Positions 25,956-36,745 of a stretch of 55,865 nt of DNA are shown one piece after another. How positions within the stretch are numbered: the stretch's first letter is position 1; each line of letters starts with the position of its first letter. Source of the stretch: a virus (lineage: Duplodnaviria > Caudoviricetes). The notes beneath the pieces are model-generated. The model was not told where the DNA came from, searched no databases, and saw only the letters and a program-made list of their open reading frames with translations. The stretch lies in the IMG/VR virus record IMGVR_UViG_3300024520_000090, positions 1 through 55,865 of that record; one strand, written 5' to 3'. A program made the translations under genes and the position numbers.

Positions 25956-28322
25956 TTAGATCACCTTACCGTATGTGAAGGCAACGCCTTCGATTTGCAG
26001 CGACCAAATATCAATGTCGTGATTCGTTACCATATGAAGCTTTAGAATGAACAGATCGCCTTCATATAAGTCTGCTATCTCGAAATCGTATGAAGTCACG
26101 GCCGGTTTGTTGATTGTCGTACTAACCGTATTGGTCGTGTTTACCGCTGCGACAGTATCATAGGCTGGTGTGTCGCCTACTGTTCGAGGGATTGGTGTCG
26201 GTAGGCCAGTAGAATCTGCAATCAGGACACCGGCAACTGGCTGTCTGATTAAACAACAGGCCAGATCGATACCCGCCTGATTCGCATCATGGCTGAAGGT
26301 TACATTAAAACGAATCGGGAAAGCAGTACACAGACCGCCCGGCACATTGAACTGAAAGTTGATAAAGTCATCCTGCGTGTCCAACCGGCCCTTCTTTACC
26401 TTATGGTTCCACCCGGTTAGTGACGCTGCGGCTATTCCAGTCCCGACCCCCACTGTGTAATCCTTGGCCCCCGCACCCTCTCCCCACATATTCCCAGCAC
26501 CAAACAAAGTCTGACGCCATTTGGCTAACCCATCGGCTAGTTGCTGGCCCTGCCTGTTAAAAGCGGTGTTGGAGGTGCCTAGCCGGAAACGTTCAAATGT
26601 CGGCGCGGTGCCCAGTGTCGTGGCTATGCGCACTCGACACCACCGACCCGTGACCCCATTGACGCTCTCCTCGGACCAGGCGGTATCCGAGTCAATTCCG
26701 AAGTAGACCTTCTCGCTGGAGTTTCCTCTCAGGAATACGTTGTTAGCGTAACGATACGAATCAACTTCGCTCACTGCCAGTACTGAAATCTCTGTCCAGA
26801 CCGCAGCCGCTGTCTTGATCTCGAAGATAAAACTACCCCCACCTAAGCTCGCCCCCGCCTGTAGCACCGAGAGGGAGTAATGCCTCAAACCTGCTAGGCT
26901 GCTGTCCTTCCGTAGCGTCGTCCAGGCAATAGAGTTCCCGGTTGCTCCACCAATTTTATCCTGAAAAGCTACTAGAGAACCTGACTTGCTAGCAGCGTCA
27001 GCAGATACATCGATGAAGTTTCCCCCATCGTTTGTACCATCGGCAGTGTCATCAGTGGTCAGGACGTACATTCCGGTCGAATATGAGCCGCCTTCTCCCG
27101 TTGCGAAGCTTGAGCCTCTTTCGGGAAAACCATACTCAATGTTAGTCCCGAGGGTTCGCTGAAGGCTGTCGGTCGTGTCGTTGGCCTCCTGGAAAAACGA
27201 CATACCAAAGTCAGCCCCGGCTGCAACGGCTGGAGGATAAGAATAATCAGGCTGGTGACTAGCTGTAATTCTAACGACACTCCCAGCACCTGTGAGGCCA
27301 GAATCAACGAGCACCGAATATACTCGTTGGTCCATCTTGCCGCCCAGGACTTCGAGAGCTACCCCATCAGCGGTAATATTAATTGAATTTTCAACGTTGA
27401 ACGTATTGATACCAAAGATAATAGCCGTTCCGCCATCCATGCGAATCGCATCAGTCACGCCTCCAGTACCTAGCGGAGATCCCCCGTTGCCGACATTCAT
27501 ATCAACTAGCTGAAACCTTCCACCATCACAGAGCGCGACGGCATTAATTACTGAGGCTGTCCCGTCAGGAGGAACATGCAATGATTCAAGTGCTATGACG
27601 CTAGGTACACCTGGGATCCCAGACCCTTTGACTCGTAGGACACTATTCAGGCCTCCTTTGTCGCATCGAATCTCTGCGCCGATGATCTTTCCTGCTCCCT
27701 CTTTTACTAGGCCATCCCCAGCAGAGGCGCCTGCTCCCTGGTCTCCGAAGAAGTTGCAGTTGTATATACTGAAAGTAGGCGCTGCAACACCGGTATATCT
27801 TACCGCTGCAAGGTTAATTGTCGACGGAACAAGAAAAGTAAACCCATCAACCTGAGACTGGTCAGAAACCGTGAGAATATCTACTACGGCAGCGTGGAAT
27901 CCAATGGTAGTCTCTAGCCAACCACCTTGACTGATAAGTGTAACACCTGTGGGAAGCGTCAAACCACTCTCAGGATATGTGCCAGGCCTCACGATGATAG
28001 CCTCACCGCTGCCAGCAACAGCTAGAGCGGCACCTATTGTAAGATAGGGCAGGTCTTGTCTACCGCTCGCAGCCGTTCCATCGTTTCCGTTAACCGCGTC
28101 GACCCAGACTGTACTACCTGTATCAATAGCACCACCAGCAGCCCCGCTGGCTGCTGCGGTCAGCCGACCTTTGGTGTCAACTGTAATGTCTGCCGCAGTG
28201 TAACTACCCGCCGCTACGGCAGTGGTTACAAGCGCAGGGGCAGGGTATGTCCCGGTTAAGTCTCCGCCAGCAGCCCCACTCGGGGGGCCACCTGTCGGAA
28301 GGGGGGGCCAAGTCTGTGCCAT
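25956..28322 (-). CDS. Tail fibre/spike with pectin-lyase-like beta-helix
   Basis: [20 protein letters not shown] fibre repeat, then WVDAVNGND...PYLTIGAAL....[13 protein letters not shown] beta-helix cap. Confidence 0.75.
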   Translation of the reverse strand: MAQTWPPLPTGGPPSGAAGGDLTGTYPAPALVTTAVAAGSYTAADITVDTKGRLTAAASGAAGGAIDTGSTVWVDAVNGNDGTAASGRQDLPYLTIGAALAVAGSGEAIIVRPGTYPESGLTLPTGVTLISQGGWLETTIGFHAAVVDILTVSDQSQVDGFTFLVPSTINLAAVRYTGVAAPTFSIYNCNFFGDQGAGASAGDGLVKEGAGKIIGAEIRCDKGGLNSVLRVKGSGIPGVPSVIALESLHVPPDGTASVINAVALCDGGRFQLVDMNVGNGGSPLGTGGVTDAIRMDGGTAIIFGINTFNVENSINITADGVALEVLGGKMDQRVYSVLVDSGLTGAGSVVRITASHQPDYSYPPAVAAGADFGMSFFQEANDTTDSLQRTLGTNIEYGFPERGSSFATGEGGSYSTGMYVLTTDDTADGTNDGGNFIDVSADAASKSGSLVAFQDKIGGATGNSIAWTTLRKDSSLAGLRHYSLSVLQAGASLGGGSFIFEIKTAAAVWTEISVLAVSEVDSYRYANNVFLRGNSSEKVYFGIDSDTAWSEESVNGVTGRWCRVRIATTLGTAPTFERFRLGTSNTAFNRQGQQLADGLAKWRQTLFGAGNMWGEGAGAKDYTVGVGTGIAAASLTGWNHKVKKGRLDTQDDFINFQFNVPGGLCTAFPIRFNVTFSHDANQAGIDLACCLIRQPVAGVLIADSTGLPTPIPRTVGDTPAYDTVAAVNTTNTVSTTINKPAVTSYDFEIADLYEGDLFILKLHMVTNHDIDIWSLQIEGVAFTYGKVI

Positions 28323-28333
28323 AAAAGTATCCT

Positions 28334-28825
28334 CTAAGCTATCACAACGTCATCAATCCAAACAGCATCGGTGGGAGTGCTCGCAGAGCCATCCTTAGCA
28401 TATCGCCATTCAAAAGTATTCAACCCAGCAGCACAGTTCAGAATGTAGGGCGTCCATGGCGTTGAGCCGGACCACTGGGTAATAAAAACCCCGTTATGAA
28501 ACAACTGCAAGAAATCAAAGCCCGTTTCCGTTTCCGTCTTGAGCTTAAAAGATAACGCCTCAATAGCAGTCAACCCGTTGTTTATATAAAACAAGCTACT
28601 CGTCTGGCCATCGCCAATATCGCCACTCTCCGCCGCGTTAGGGGCTGATCTGAAAGTGGTATTCTCTACAAACCAGTTCGCATCTCCTGAGGTAGTAAAC
28701 CCCGCAGGTAGGCTTAGCGCTCCGTCGAAGTTCTCAACGATCGCGTCACTGCTGCCACCACCCGTAGCTGGGGGCGGCGGCCATGCCTGTGCGCCTCCGG
28801 TTGGTGGTAGCCAAGTCTGTGCCAT
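28334..28825 (-). CDS. Virion accessory protein with carbohydrate-binding/jelly-roll-like domain
   Basis: W-rich beta-sandwich pattern (GFDFLQ, WSG...[17 protein letters not shown]). Confidence 0.65.
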   Translation of the reverse strand: MAQTWLPPTGGAQAWPPPPATGGGSSDAIVENFDGALSLPAGFTTSGDANWFVENTTFRSAPNAAESGDIGDGQTSSLFYINNGLTAIEALSFKLKTETETGFDFLQLFHNGVFITQWSGSTPWTPYILNCAAGLNTFEWRYAKDGSASTPTDAVWIDDVVIA

Positions 28826-28834
28826 GAGGCTCTC

Positions 28835-29290
28835 CTAAAGCTGTACTTCAGCCCAAACGTCAACGAGGATAGTGTGGCTACCTCCGGCCACTGTATCAAG
28901 CATAATGCCTGCGGCTAGATTACTATCTATACCGATCTCTGCCGGGGCAATTGGGGCCACCTCGTACATAGCGCCCCCACTCGCAGCAGGGTTATCAGCG
29001 ATGGAAGCAGCAGTAGCAGACGCGGTTAGCGCCGCCCCAGTGTTTGCATAGAAGACGTCCTCGTCCTTAGGCGTACTTGCCATCGGAGAGAGGGACTTGT
29101 CTGCCACATAGAGGTTAATGGTGCTCCCCGCAGGTCCCCCGGCTTCTAGCCGACACTTCACATGACGGATCTCCCCACGGATGCTGAGATCAAACAGGGG
29201 GAGTGGCGTCAGCCATTGCACACCGGCCACAGCGTCGATCACAAAAACTACCTGCTGGTGCCTCTTTACTGCACGTAGATACTGTGCCAT
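28835..29290 (-). CDS. Hypothetical virion protein
   Basis: AGGAG RBS, beta-rich 151 aa. Confidence 0.65.
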   Translation of the reverse strand: MAQYLRAVKRHQQVVFVIDAVAGVQWLTPLPLFDLSIRGEIRHVKCRLEAGGPAGSTINLYVADKSLSPMASTPKDEDVFYANTGAALTASATAASIADNPAASGGAMYEVAPIAPAEIGIDSNLAAGIMLDTVAGGSHTILVDVWAEVQL

Positions 29291-29299
29291 AAGGCTCTC

Positions 29300-29809
29300 C
29301 TAGAGTGGTGTTGTAAGCGATACGAGTAGAGCACCGTCAGCTACACCAGGGGCTGAAGTTATTTTAATTGTCTTAGCCATTGGACGCACGATGGCAGTAA
29401 CGTCTGCAATAATCGCTGCCGCTTCAGGAGCAGTTACCGAAGCGTCATAGAGCTTCCCTGCGTCACCGCCGACACCCGCAGCGCCCACGATCCAGAGATC
29501 CCCGAAGCCACCTTGTGCCCCACTGTCCACAGTAGCCACGTCGACCCCCTCTACAATCTTCCAGGGCAATGCTACACCGTAAGATTCGGGTGGGATAACA
29601 TGCTTAGCAATAAGCAACCGACCATCCGCAGTCCTAGGACTGCTGGCGTCAGCCAGGGCTACGGTGCCCATGCCCCCGGTAACCCCACTAATATAGAGGA
29701 TGTCATTTGTGTCGATGGTCACCGTGGTCGATGGGTTGTATACCTTCACCGCTTCTGTGTAGTTAAAACTTCCGCCAGGCTTAACCCATTTATTTTTCAA
29801 GTTACCCAC
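29300..29809 (-). CDS. Capsid decoration/cement-like protein
   Basis: LIAKHVIPPESYGVALPWKIV, shared with 30093..30884. Confidence 0.5.
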   Translation of the reverse strand: MGNLKNKWVKPGGSFNYTEAVKVYNPSTTVTIDTNDILYISGVTGGMGTVALADASSPRTADGRLLIAKHVIPPESYGVALPWKIVEGVDVATVDSGAQGGFGDLWIVGAAGVGGDAGKLYDASVTAPEAAAIIADVTAIVRPMAKTIKITSAPGVADGALLVSLTTPL

Positions 29810-29811
29810 AA

Positions 29812-30084
29812 CTATTCTCCTTCAAGATAAAGGGTTAAGCAGCCGCTTTCCCCAACTGCGCTAGTGCGATTAGCATTTGCTGTTTCATACTCAACTACGA
29901 ACTGGACATCCTTCTCGGGAGGTCCTGTCTTTAGCCACTTTTTCATGGCTGAAATTGTCTTCACGATATTGTCTAGGTCCAAAGCTTCCACAGGGTTATC
30001 CGCAGGAGCAGGGCCTGTTGCTACAGGCAGATCACCGAATGAATATTTCCAACGGCCTTGAGCATCTTTAGTTTTCTTCAGCAT
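29812..30084 (-). CDS. Hypothetical protein
   Basis: AGGGGG RBS, ATG at 30084. Confidence 0.6.
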   Translation of the reverse strand: MLKKTKDAQGRWKYSFGDLPVATGPAPADNPVEALDLDNIVKTISAMKKWLKTGPPEKDVQFVVEYETANANRTSAVGESGCLTLYLEGE

Positions 30085-30092
30085 AAGGCCCC

Positions 30093-30884
30093 CTAAATCA
30101 TCGGGTAAAAGCATTGTACGGTAAGCCGGGCATCCCCAGCCGTACCTGCGGCTTCCCATCGCAGTTGAACTGTGTCGAATACACCTAGCGCGGAAGGCCA
30201 TAGTGTGGCACTGAGAAGAGCGCCAATAGAACTCCCCGTATCGTCTCGTACGACCGAGGCCACGATAAAGAAGTTACCGACGATTGCGGCCTTGGCCTCG
30301 GCAGATACACCGGTCATGGGCCAAGCTAAAGAAGTCACTCCCGCAGGCAATGTGACGGATTTCTCAAAAAGCTGCTGTCCCGTACCATTAAGTTTACCCG
30401 CAGGGTTCGCCTGGAGAGTCACAATACGTTCTGCTGGAGGAAGCGTAGCATCCCCTTGGTCGATAACACCCCCAACGACTAAGACGAGGGGGTGACCTCC
30501 TGCGTAGTAGTCGTAGATAAGGTCTAGGTCGCTGGTGTAAAGATTAGTATTGGGGTCCAAGAAGACGTGGCTAAGCGGGACCGCCCCTGGGATCTTGGCT
30601 GAAGGGTCAAGGCTCTCTCGGGTCACCTGAACTATTTTCCAGGGAAGGATAACAACGTACTCGCCTGCTGAGGCGCTGTGTCGTGCGACATAGAGGTTGT
30701 TGAACCCAGGGATGGAGCCACCCGACATTTGGATCGCAGGAACTACCTCTAGGTGAGCACCGAATTGACTATTCACCCCCACGATCATATCAGCACTGAT
30801 GTCAGCACCGGCATGGGCGAGGATACCCTGGGCTAAAGGCTCGTTCACAACAGGGTTAAGCGCGTTTTGCTTAATATTTGGCAC
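30093..30884 (-). CDS. Decoration/cement-like protein with C-terminal extension
   Basis: YVARHSASAGEYVVILPWKIV; GGAG RBS, GTG start. Confidence 0.5.
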   Translation of the reverse strand: MPNIKQNALNPVVNEPLAQGILAHAGADISADMIVGVNSQFGAHLEVVPAIQMSGGSIPGFNNLYVARHSASAGEYVVILPWKIVQVTRESLDPSAKIPGAVPLSHVFLDPNTNLYTSDLDLIYDYYAGGHPLVLVVGGVIDQGDATLPPAERIVTLQANPAGKLNGTGQQLFEKSVTLPAGVTSLAWPMTGVSAEAKAAIVGNFFIVASVVRDDTGSSIGALLSATLWPSALGVFDTVQLRWEAAGTAGDARLTVQCFYPMI

Positions 30885-30963
30885 TATCTTTCTCCAAGAA
30901 CCGACACCCTATCTTCAGGGAGGGTTACTTACCTCTTCGGTAAGCTAGCCTTATGTCGGGATA

Positions 30964-30972
30964 AGTGTAACA
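30964..30972 (-). promoter_or_regulatory. Possible extended -10 promoter
   Basis: TG-T-TACACT on the - strand in the intergenic gap upstream of the decoration cluster. Confidence 0.35.
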
Positions 30973-30979
30973 TAAAAAA

Positions 30980-33900
30980 CTACTTGAAGGGCTCCGGTTC
31001 GTAAACTTTTAGCCCAGAAGCGGGACCGCCCTCTGATTCTGCTTGCTTCTGGTAGGCTTGTCTCCGAGCCTCGGCTTCCCTCGCGATCCTATTCGCTATG
31101 TAATCCCGGCTACGCTCTGGATCGCTCACATATATCCGAGCGGCCCCCGAGAGATCGCCTAGCATGTAGGCAATACCCTTCTGCATACTCTCTTCCCACC
31201 CAGGGTTTGCCCCATAGTAGAGGCGCATAAGGTTGGGGATCTCGTTACCAAGTATAGGCGTAGCCAAGAGCATTTCCCGTGCAGTCGGATTTAAGTAATA
31301 GCCCCGCTCATCTGCGACCACCAGTTCCTGGAGGAAAGGTAGTTTATTAGCCAACCGGGCCATCTCACGTAAGTTCGCAGGAGCGCGGCGACCTCCTGAA
31401 GGGTGCTTGTAGGTAAAGCCGCCCCCTTCGGTATGTTTCTCGTACAGCGCCCCCGTGAAGGCCCTGTACCAAGGGTTAAGGTGGTCCAGGAGCAACTCAT
31501 CGAATATCTCCTCACGAGCATCTCCGGTCAGCTTAAGGTGCTCGGAGCCTAATGCTGTCGCCGCAGTCCCCACCACTCCGTGCATCAGGGTGAGGTACAT
31601 GTTGATGGTATCGGGAGTACCAAAAGAAGGACCCACACGAAACATAGTAGTCACGTCTTCGCCCGTTTCCGCTAAATGCCTACGCTGGAACTCGGCGCCC
31701 ACGGTGTTCGCTATCACAGGGCGCCCACCCGACCACCAGGGTTTATCTTTTAGGTTGGTGTACTGAACAGCCTCTGCGAAATCAAGTTCCTGGTCGCCCT
31801 CTTCCCAAGCGATCCATTCGGGGAAACCGTAGACGGTCTGTCCCATCTTTCTGGCCCGGTTGAGTCTCGACGTGCCTAGAATCGCTTTCTTCGTGGCCTC
31901 ACCCGCAGAGAAAGTCAGGGGCTCAATCAGAGCGTTCCCCATTTGTCCCATTGCCAGCCTGGTCCAAGGGTAAAACCCGGCAAACTGGGCGAGGGTGTCC
32001 ATCTCCCATTTGGTGATCCCGTGCCGCCAATCATATAGAGCCTCGGCTACCGCCTTTCGTGAGACCTCTTCCGTAGACTGCCGACGTAGCCGGTGCTCCA
32101 GGTAAAGCGCTGCCCGCTGGTGGTTCTGGGTTTGAGCAACTAGCTCGGTCATGGTCCTTTGCCATTGTTGCCACGCTTTCTTAGGGGTGCTAAAATAAGC
32201 CCCCCACTTACTGGGCTGACTTTCCTTTGCCCATCTGCCAGCTTGCTCGCGGAGGTCCTTACTGAACATGATGTCGAAGACGTTATTCTCCTGCATCTCT
32301 GCTATAAGTCGCGCACCACTTTTGGGACCATCGACAGTTTCCCATAGCTCGTCCATGTGCCGCCCACTCAAGATCCGCTGGACGGGAGGGTTTAGCATGG
32401 CATTCAGTGGGGTAGTTAAGCTCGGAACGCCCGCTTTTGCCGCAGCCTCACCCATCCCTTCAATCGCAGCCGCAACTCTAGGGCCGATCCCAGGAATGTA
32501 GGTGAAGGCGTTATGAAAAGTCATCGGGAGGGCCCCAGACAAGTAGATAGCCCCTTTGTCCGCTCCCCCCTTTTTCCGCCGAATACTTAAGAGGCCTTCC
32601 GGCATCAGCATCTGGGCAACGTCGCCTACGCCTTGGTTCATAAAATAGCCGGGCCGGGGGTAGATAAGCCCTCTTGTCACCGAGGTCCTCCACAGACGTA
32701 ACCACTTACCCAAGTGGTCTTTATTTATATCGTCAAAGCCTCCGGTTCGCGGGGAGGCGGAAAGGGCCTTGATAGCATCATCGAGTTCTCCCTCTAGCTG
32801 CCGCTTAAGTGGGTGCGGGACGTAAACAGCGGCCCCTGTCATCTGGTCTTCGCCTAACCGAATAAGATCCTTGTTTAAGTTATTCGCACTTTTAAGTCGA
32901 TCCACCACATAGGGCATGATGTCCTTATCGAAGGTCATCCCCCATTTCTCAATGGCAGAGATAGCGTCCGAGGCGTCAAAACCAAGTCCCCCCGAGGTCA
33001 GTAGTACCTCAAAAGTGTCTCTCCCTGACTCGGATGTGGCTTGGGAGAGGATAAAGTTTGCCTTTAATGCTGCCCCCTGTGTCATGGCTGGTCCGAGGGC
33101 CCGGACAAGGTTGTCATTTGTAATCTTGAAGTTCTGGCCCGCTAAGACTGCGCGGGCGAGCATCGAGCGTGCGATATAGTCTGGGTAGAGCACTTCCTTC
33201 TCGCCATCGGCTAGTATCCTATAGATGGGTTTGCCACTAGGCCCAGCTAGCGTCTCTCGACTTATCTTACCCTTAAATGCTGCAAGGGTACTTTTAACCA
33301 CTCCTGTAACGAGGTCCTCCCAGGACTGGGAGCGGAGCACTTTGTCATAAACAAGGGCGTAAATCGTACCGGCCTCTGCCGCCTGGGTGTGCATATTATT
33401 GGGCAAGTAAGATAAAGCAGCGGCACGGAACACTGGGTCCTTACTAAGGACCTCTTGCGCCTCTTTTCTTGTCATGCCCGAAGTGATACCTATGACATAG
33501 GACTTAAAGTTCTGAAACGGGGTGCTACCATTTGTTTTATTGAAGCTTGCAACTCGGGGACCTACCTTTAGGTTCTCCGTTGTGTCCATCGCCAGTGCGA
33601 TCTTAGTCCCAAAAAGCGCAGGGTCATCTGCCCCCGACCTGATTAGATATTCGGATAGCTCGTAGTCCCAGTCGGGACCCCGTATTGCGTGTCTGCCCGC
33701 CTCTATCTGCAAATGGTCTTGCCATGGACCAAGGCGGCTGCGAGCAGCGTCAAACTTACTACCAAAGTCGGCCACCCTTTTTGCTATATAGGCCAATATC
33801 TCCTCGGGACGAGCCCTACTCAGGCGCCTTAATGACAGGTTGTCCTGCCAGGCGCGTAGTAACCCTCGGGCTAAGTCGAGGGGAGCATCGACCTCCTTGT

Positions 33901-36745
33901 AGGCACGTTGGGCCAGCCTGCGGCTAATATCTTTGAGTAGGTCAAATTCGGCTTCGGAGATGTCCATCTGGTCTTTTGCAAGCCGCTTGCGGAAGTTCCG
34001 AGTCGCTGGGTTAATCATCAGTTCTTGGAGCAATTCATCTACGTGATCGGACCCAAACCTCCCTCTGACCTCATCCAACCATTTCTTCGTGGCAAACTGT
34101 ATTGTCTTACGATCGCCCGTGACCTTGTAAAAGGGGTTTAAGTCCACTTGGCGTAGCTTAGCTGCGTCTTCTAGCTCTTCCACTGTCTTCGATAAATGCT
34201 TCGCTAGGTGCCCGTAGGCGTCTCGAACTGTCTCGACCTGGCCTATCATCGAGTCAATCACTTTAGGGCTCGTGTGTTGCACAATCCGTTCGCGAGACAC
34301 GATCTCTTGGGCACCCTCCTTAATGGATGCGGTGACTTTCTTCGACTTTGGGAGACCTTTGACGGCCTCTCTAGCGGAGAGTAGAGTGGCTTGGGTCGCC
34401 TTTAACTCTTTTCCTGCTGCGAGTACCCCCGCCTCCATCCAGGCTGACTTCACTTGGGGCCGCAGTCGATCTGTACGTCTGTTCAGGGCCGCTAGCTCTT
34501 TAGCTAAGATCTTCTTATCCTTAGCTTTTGTTGCTTTTGCTAGCTTATCAGCTACTTTTGGCTTCTTACGAAGAGCGCCGTAATACTCCTTAAACTTAGC
34601 GAAGTTCGCTTCGGCTTTCTTCATCAGGGAAGCCGCAGTTGCATGTATGCTTTTGCCCGATGTCGCTCCGATGGCTTCTGCCGCCTTTATCCAGTTGACC
34701 TGGGCCTCGGCCTCTTTTAGCTCTGCCGCAAGCAAGTTCGTTAACAAGTCGATGGCGTCTTTTTCTTGCTGGGCGCTCTTAAACGTCAGTTTATTTGCTT
34801 TTATCGCGTTACGAACTACCCTTTGCTCGGTGAGTGCCTTCGTCCCTGCGACTTTATCCGCTTCCCCTACAAGGGCCTGCAAGGGACCAGCGATACTAAA
34901 GGAGCTACCTGCACCTACACCCCTGGCGGCTGACTCCAGGGCCTGGATGACTTTGGCTTCCTCAATATAACCTTGCTCTGCTAGCTTGTGTATCTCCTCG
35001 AAGATCGTTTCTACCGTAAGCGTATCTGCTTTTTGAGCCTCCCTAAGTTTCTCTACGAGAGCAGTTGTTGCGTCTTCAGCCCTCTTTGTGCGGAGGCCAG
35101 CGGCACTGATCTCGGCCACTCCCGCAGCCTTAGCGGCTGCTCTAGCAGAAGCCTTCACGGGGGCCAGGGCAAGCTTAGGGGCAATAAACATCGCAGTGAA
35201 AAGGTCTGGTTCGATCAATGTTAGTAGGAGAGCTGCGGCAAAACCGGCGTTTGCCTTGGCTGTTTGACTACTTTCCTCAAAACCGAAGAAGTCGGCGGTC
35301 GCCTCTCCAAGAGCCTCGGCGTCATGGAAGACGTTATAGTTCTTCCCCTGCCTCATGAGATGCTCAATGCTACCCCACTCCACATCAGCCCTGGGGTCTA
35401 AGGCCCATGAGAAGAACGGCTGCCAAGGCCCGAAGTTAAAAAACCAATCAAGGTTACCCGTACCCAGTTGCTCGGCTGTCCTGGCATAGTGGAGCGCACC
35501 ATTCCCCATCCCCTCGATAGTTTGGGGGTAGAGGACTCGGGCAATAGGGGCCCTGAACTGGGCAATAGAATCGTAGCCCTCTTCATCAATCGCTCCTGTG
35601 GCTTTCAGCATCTTACCCAGGGTAAGTAGCGCCGAAGACCAAGCCAGGGGGTCCTCCCCTTTTCTGAGTGCCTTAGAGAACTTTCTCGCGTCCTTCAGGA
35701 AGAGCACCGTGTTCAAGCTTTGGTGTTGTACTTGGGCAACCTCGTCCGAGGCCCTTTTTTTAGCCTCCTCCACGATGCGCCGCTTCTCTTCGGGCGTTCC
35801 CTTTTGGTTTAGAGCGATTATAGACGAGTAGCCTGCCCTCTGGGCCAACTCAGAGCGAATCCCGTAGTCGTAAAAGTGCTCCATCGCGTCAAGATCAATC
35901 GTTGGTAGGCCATTTGAGTGGAGAGTCTGTGGGATTATTAGCTGCTTACCCGCTACAGACTCGCCCCGACGTAGCTTCTGGGCGGCTCTCGCTTTATACA
36001 ACCTACGGTACAAAGGCCGGTCTTCCGGGTCAATCTCCGACACTGGGGTCTGTTCCCAGGCTTGAAGGTACTTATCATAGTTGGGGTCATGAGCAAGGCC
36101 TGCCACATTGCCAACCGCAGTTCCTGTATAGAGGCCACTTAGGTTCTTCTTCAGTGCATCGGCTGCCTTAGACTTCTTCCACCCAGGAACCTCGTCACCA
36201 AGTTCCCCCGTCTCTACGACAAAGGGTATCCGAGTGTACTCTGGAGCCCCCAACGTACCTACGTCTCGTGTGACTTGCTGGTCGAATTGTTCTAATTGCC
36301 TAGATCTTGTCCTACCCTGCCTGTGACCTGCCCTTAGCTGTCGGTGTAACTCGACTAAAGTTGGCTCCTTAGCGGGCTTCTGCTTAGTCCCGTAGCGGTT
36401 AACCGCCTCGTACTTGTAGATGTCCTTTACTTCTTCCCGGAACGCAGGGGCAGCAAATGTCCCCTCCGTGACCTCTTTTACCAACCAATCAGCAAACCTT
36501 TCATGATCTTCTTCGTCCTGAGTGTGGAAACCATATTTAGGCCCCTCCTCCACAAGGAGCTTCTGTAGAGCAGAATCCCGTGAGGCCTTCAGGCGAGGGG
36601 CTATCGCAGTGACATAGTCCGCTCGGTCTTTTTCTGTCGCGATTAGCTGCCCTAAGCCCTCAGGGCTGGTGTCAACTGGCTCAGGAGGAGGCGCCCCGCT
36701 GATGCGCTCGCGTATCGCCGCTGTCTGTTTTTCGCTAAGGGGCAT
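30980..36745 (-). CDS. Very large internal virion (DNA-ejection-type) protein
   Basis: 1921 aa, helical and Ala/Lys-rich; last of the large genes downstream of the tail genes. Confidence 0.65.
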   Translation of the reverse strand: MPLSEKQTAAIRERISGAPPPEPVDTSPEGLGQLIATEKDRADYVTAIAPRLKASRDSALQKLLVEEGPKYGFHTQDEEDHERFADWLVKEVTEGTFAAPAFREEVKDIYKYEAVNRYGTKQKPAKEPTLVELHRQLRAGHRQGRTRSRQLEQFDQQVTRDVGTLGAPEYTRIPFVVETGELGDEVPGWKKSKAADALKKNLSGLYTGTAVGNVAGLAHDPNYDKYLQAWEQTPVSEIDPEDRPLYRRLYKARAAQKLRRGESVAGKQLIIPQTLHSNGLPTIDLDAMEHFYDYGIRSELAQRAGYSSIIALNQKGTPEEKRRIVEEAKKRASDEVAQVQHQSLNTVLFLKDARKFSKALRKGEDPLAWSSALLTLGKMLKATGAIDEEGYDSIAQFRAPIARVLYPQTIEGMGNGALHYARTAEQLGTGNLDWFFNFGPWQPFFSWALDPRADVEWGSIEHLMRQGKNYNVFHDAEALGEATADFFGFEESSQTAKANAGFAAALLLTLIEPDLFTAMFIAPKLALAPVKASARAAAKAAGVAEISAAGLRTKRAEDATTALVEKLREAQKADTLTVETIFEEIHKLAEQGYIEEAKVIQALESAARGVGAGSSFSIAGPLQALVGEADKVAGTKALTEQRVVRNAIKANKLTFKSAQQEKDAIDLLTNLLAAELKEAEAQVNWIKAAEAIGATSGKSIHATAASLMKKAEANFAKFKEYYGALRKKPKVADKLAKATKAKDKKILAKELAALNRRTDRLRPQVKSAWMEAGVLAAGKELKATQATLLSAREAVKGLPKSKKVTASIKEGAQEIVSRERIVQHTSPKVIDSMIGQVETVRDAYGHLAKHLSKTVEELEDAAKLRQVDLNPFYKVTGDRKTIQFATKKWLDEVRGRFGSDHVDELLQELMINPATRNFRKRLAKDQMDISEAEFDLLKDISRRLAQRAYKEVDAPLDLARGLLRAWQDNLSLRRLSRARPEEILAYIAKRVADFGSKFDAARSRLGPWQDHLQIEAGRHAIRGPDWDYELSEYLIRSGADDPALFGTKIALAMDTTENLKVGPRVASFNKTNGSTPFQNFKSYVIGITSGMTRKEAQEVLSKDPVFRAAALSYLPNNMHTQAAEAGTIYALVYDKVLRSQSWEDLVTGVVKSTLAAFKGKISRETLAGPSGKPIYRILADGEKEVLYPDYIARSMLARAVLAGQNFKITNDNLVRALGPAMTQGAALKANFILSQATSESGRDTFEVLLTSGGLGFDASDAISAIEKWGMTFDKDIMPYVVDRLKSANNLNKDLIRLGEDQMTGAAVYVPHPLKRQLEGELDDAIKALSASPRTGGFDDINKDHLGKWLRLWRTSVTRGLIYPRPGYFMNQGVGDVAQMLMPEGLLSIRRKKGGADKGAIYLSGALPMTFHNAFTYIPGIGPRVAAAIEGMGEAAAKAGVPSLTTPLNAMLNPPVQRILSGRHMDELWETVDGPKSGARLIAEMQENNVFDIMFSKDLREQAGRWAKESQPSKWGAYFSTPKKAWQQWQRTMTELVAQTQNHQRAALYLEHRLRRQSTEEVSRKAVAEALYDWRHGITKWEMDTLAQFAGFYPWTRLAMGQMGNALIEPLTFSAGEATKKAILGTSRLNRARKMGQTVYGFPEWIAWEEGDQELDFAEAVQYTNLKDKPWWSGGRPVIANTVGAEFQRRHLAETGEDVTTMFRVGPSFGTPDTINMYLTLMHGVVGTAATALGSEHLKLTGDAREEIFDELLLDHLNPWYRAFTGALYEKHTEGGGFTYKHPSGGRRAPANLREMARLANKLPFLQELVVADERGYYLNPTAREMLLATPILGNEIPNLMRLYYGANPGWEESMQKGIAYMLGDLSGAARIYVSDPERSRDYIANRIAREAEARRQAYQKQAESEGGPASGLKVYEPEPFK

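Noticed and set aside
30888-30925. Hammerhead ribozyme (CTGAAGA...GAAA on the - strand)
   Set aside because: The sequence between the core motifs does not form a proper stem II, and flanking stems I and III are not evident
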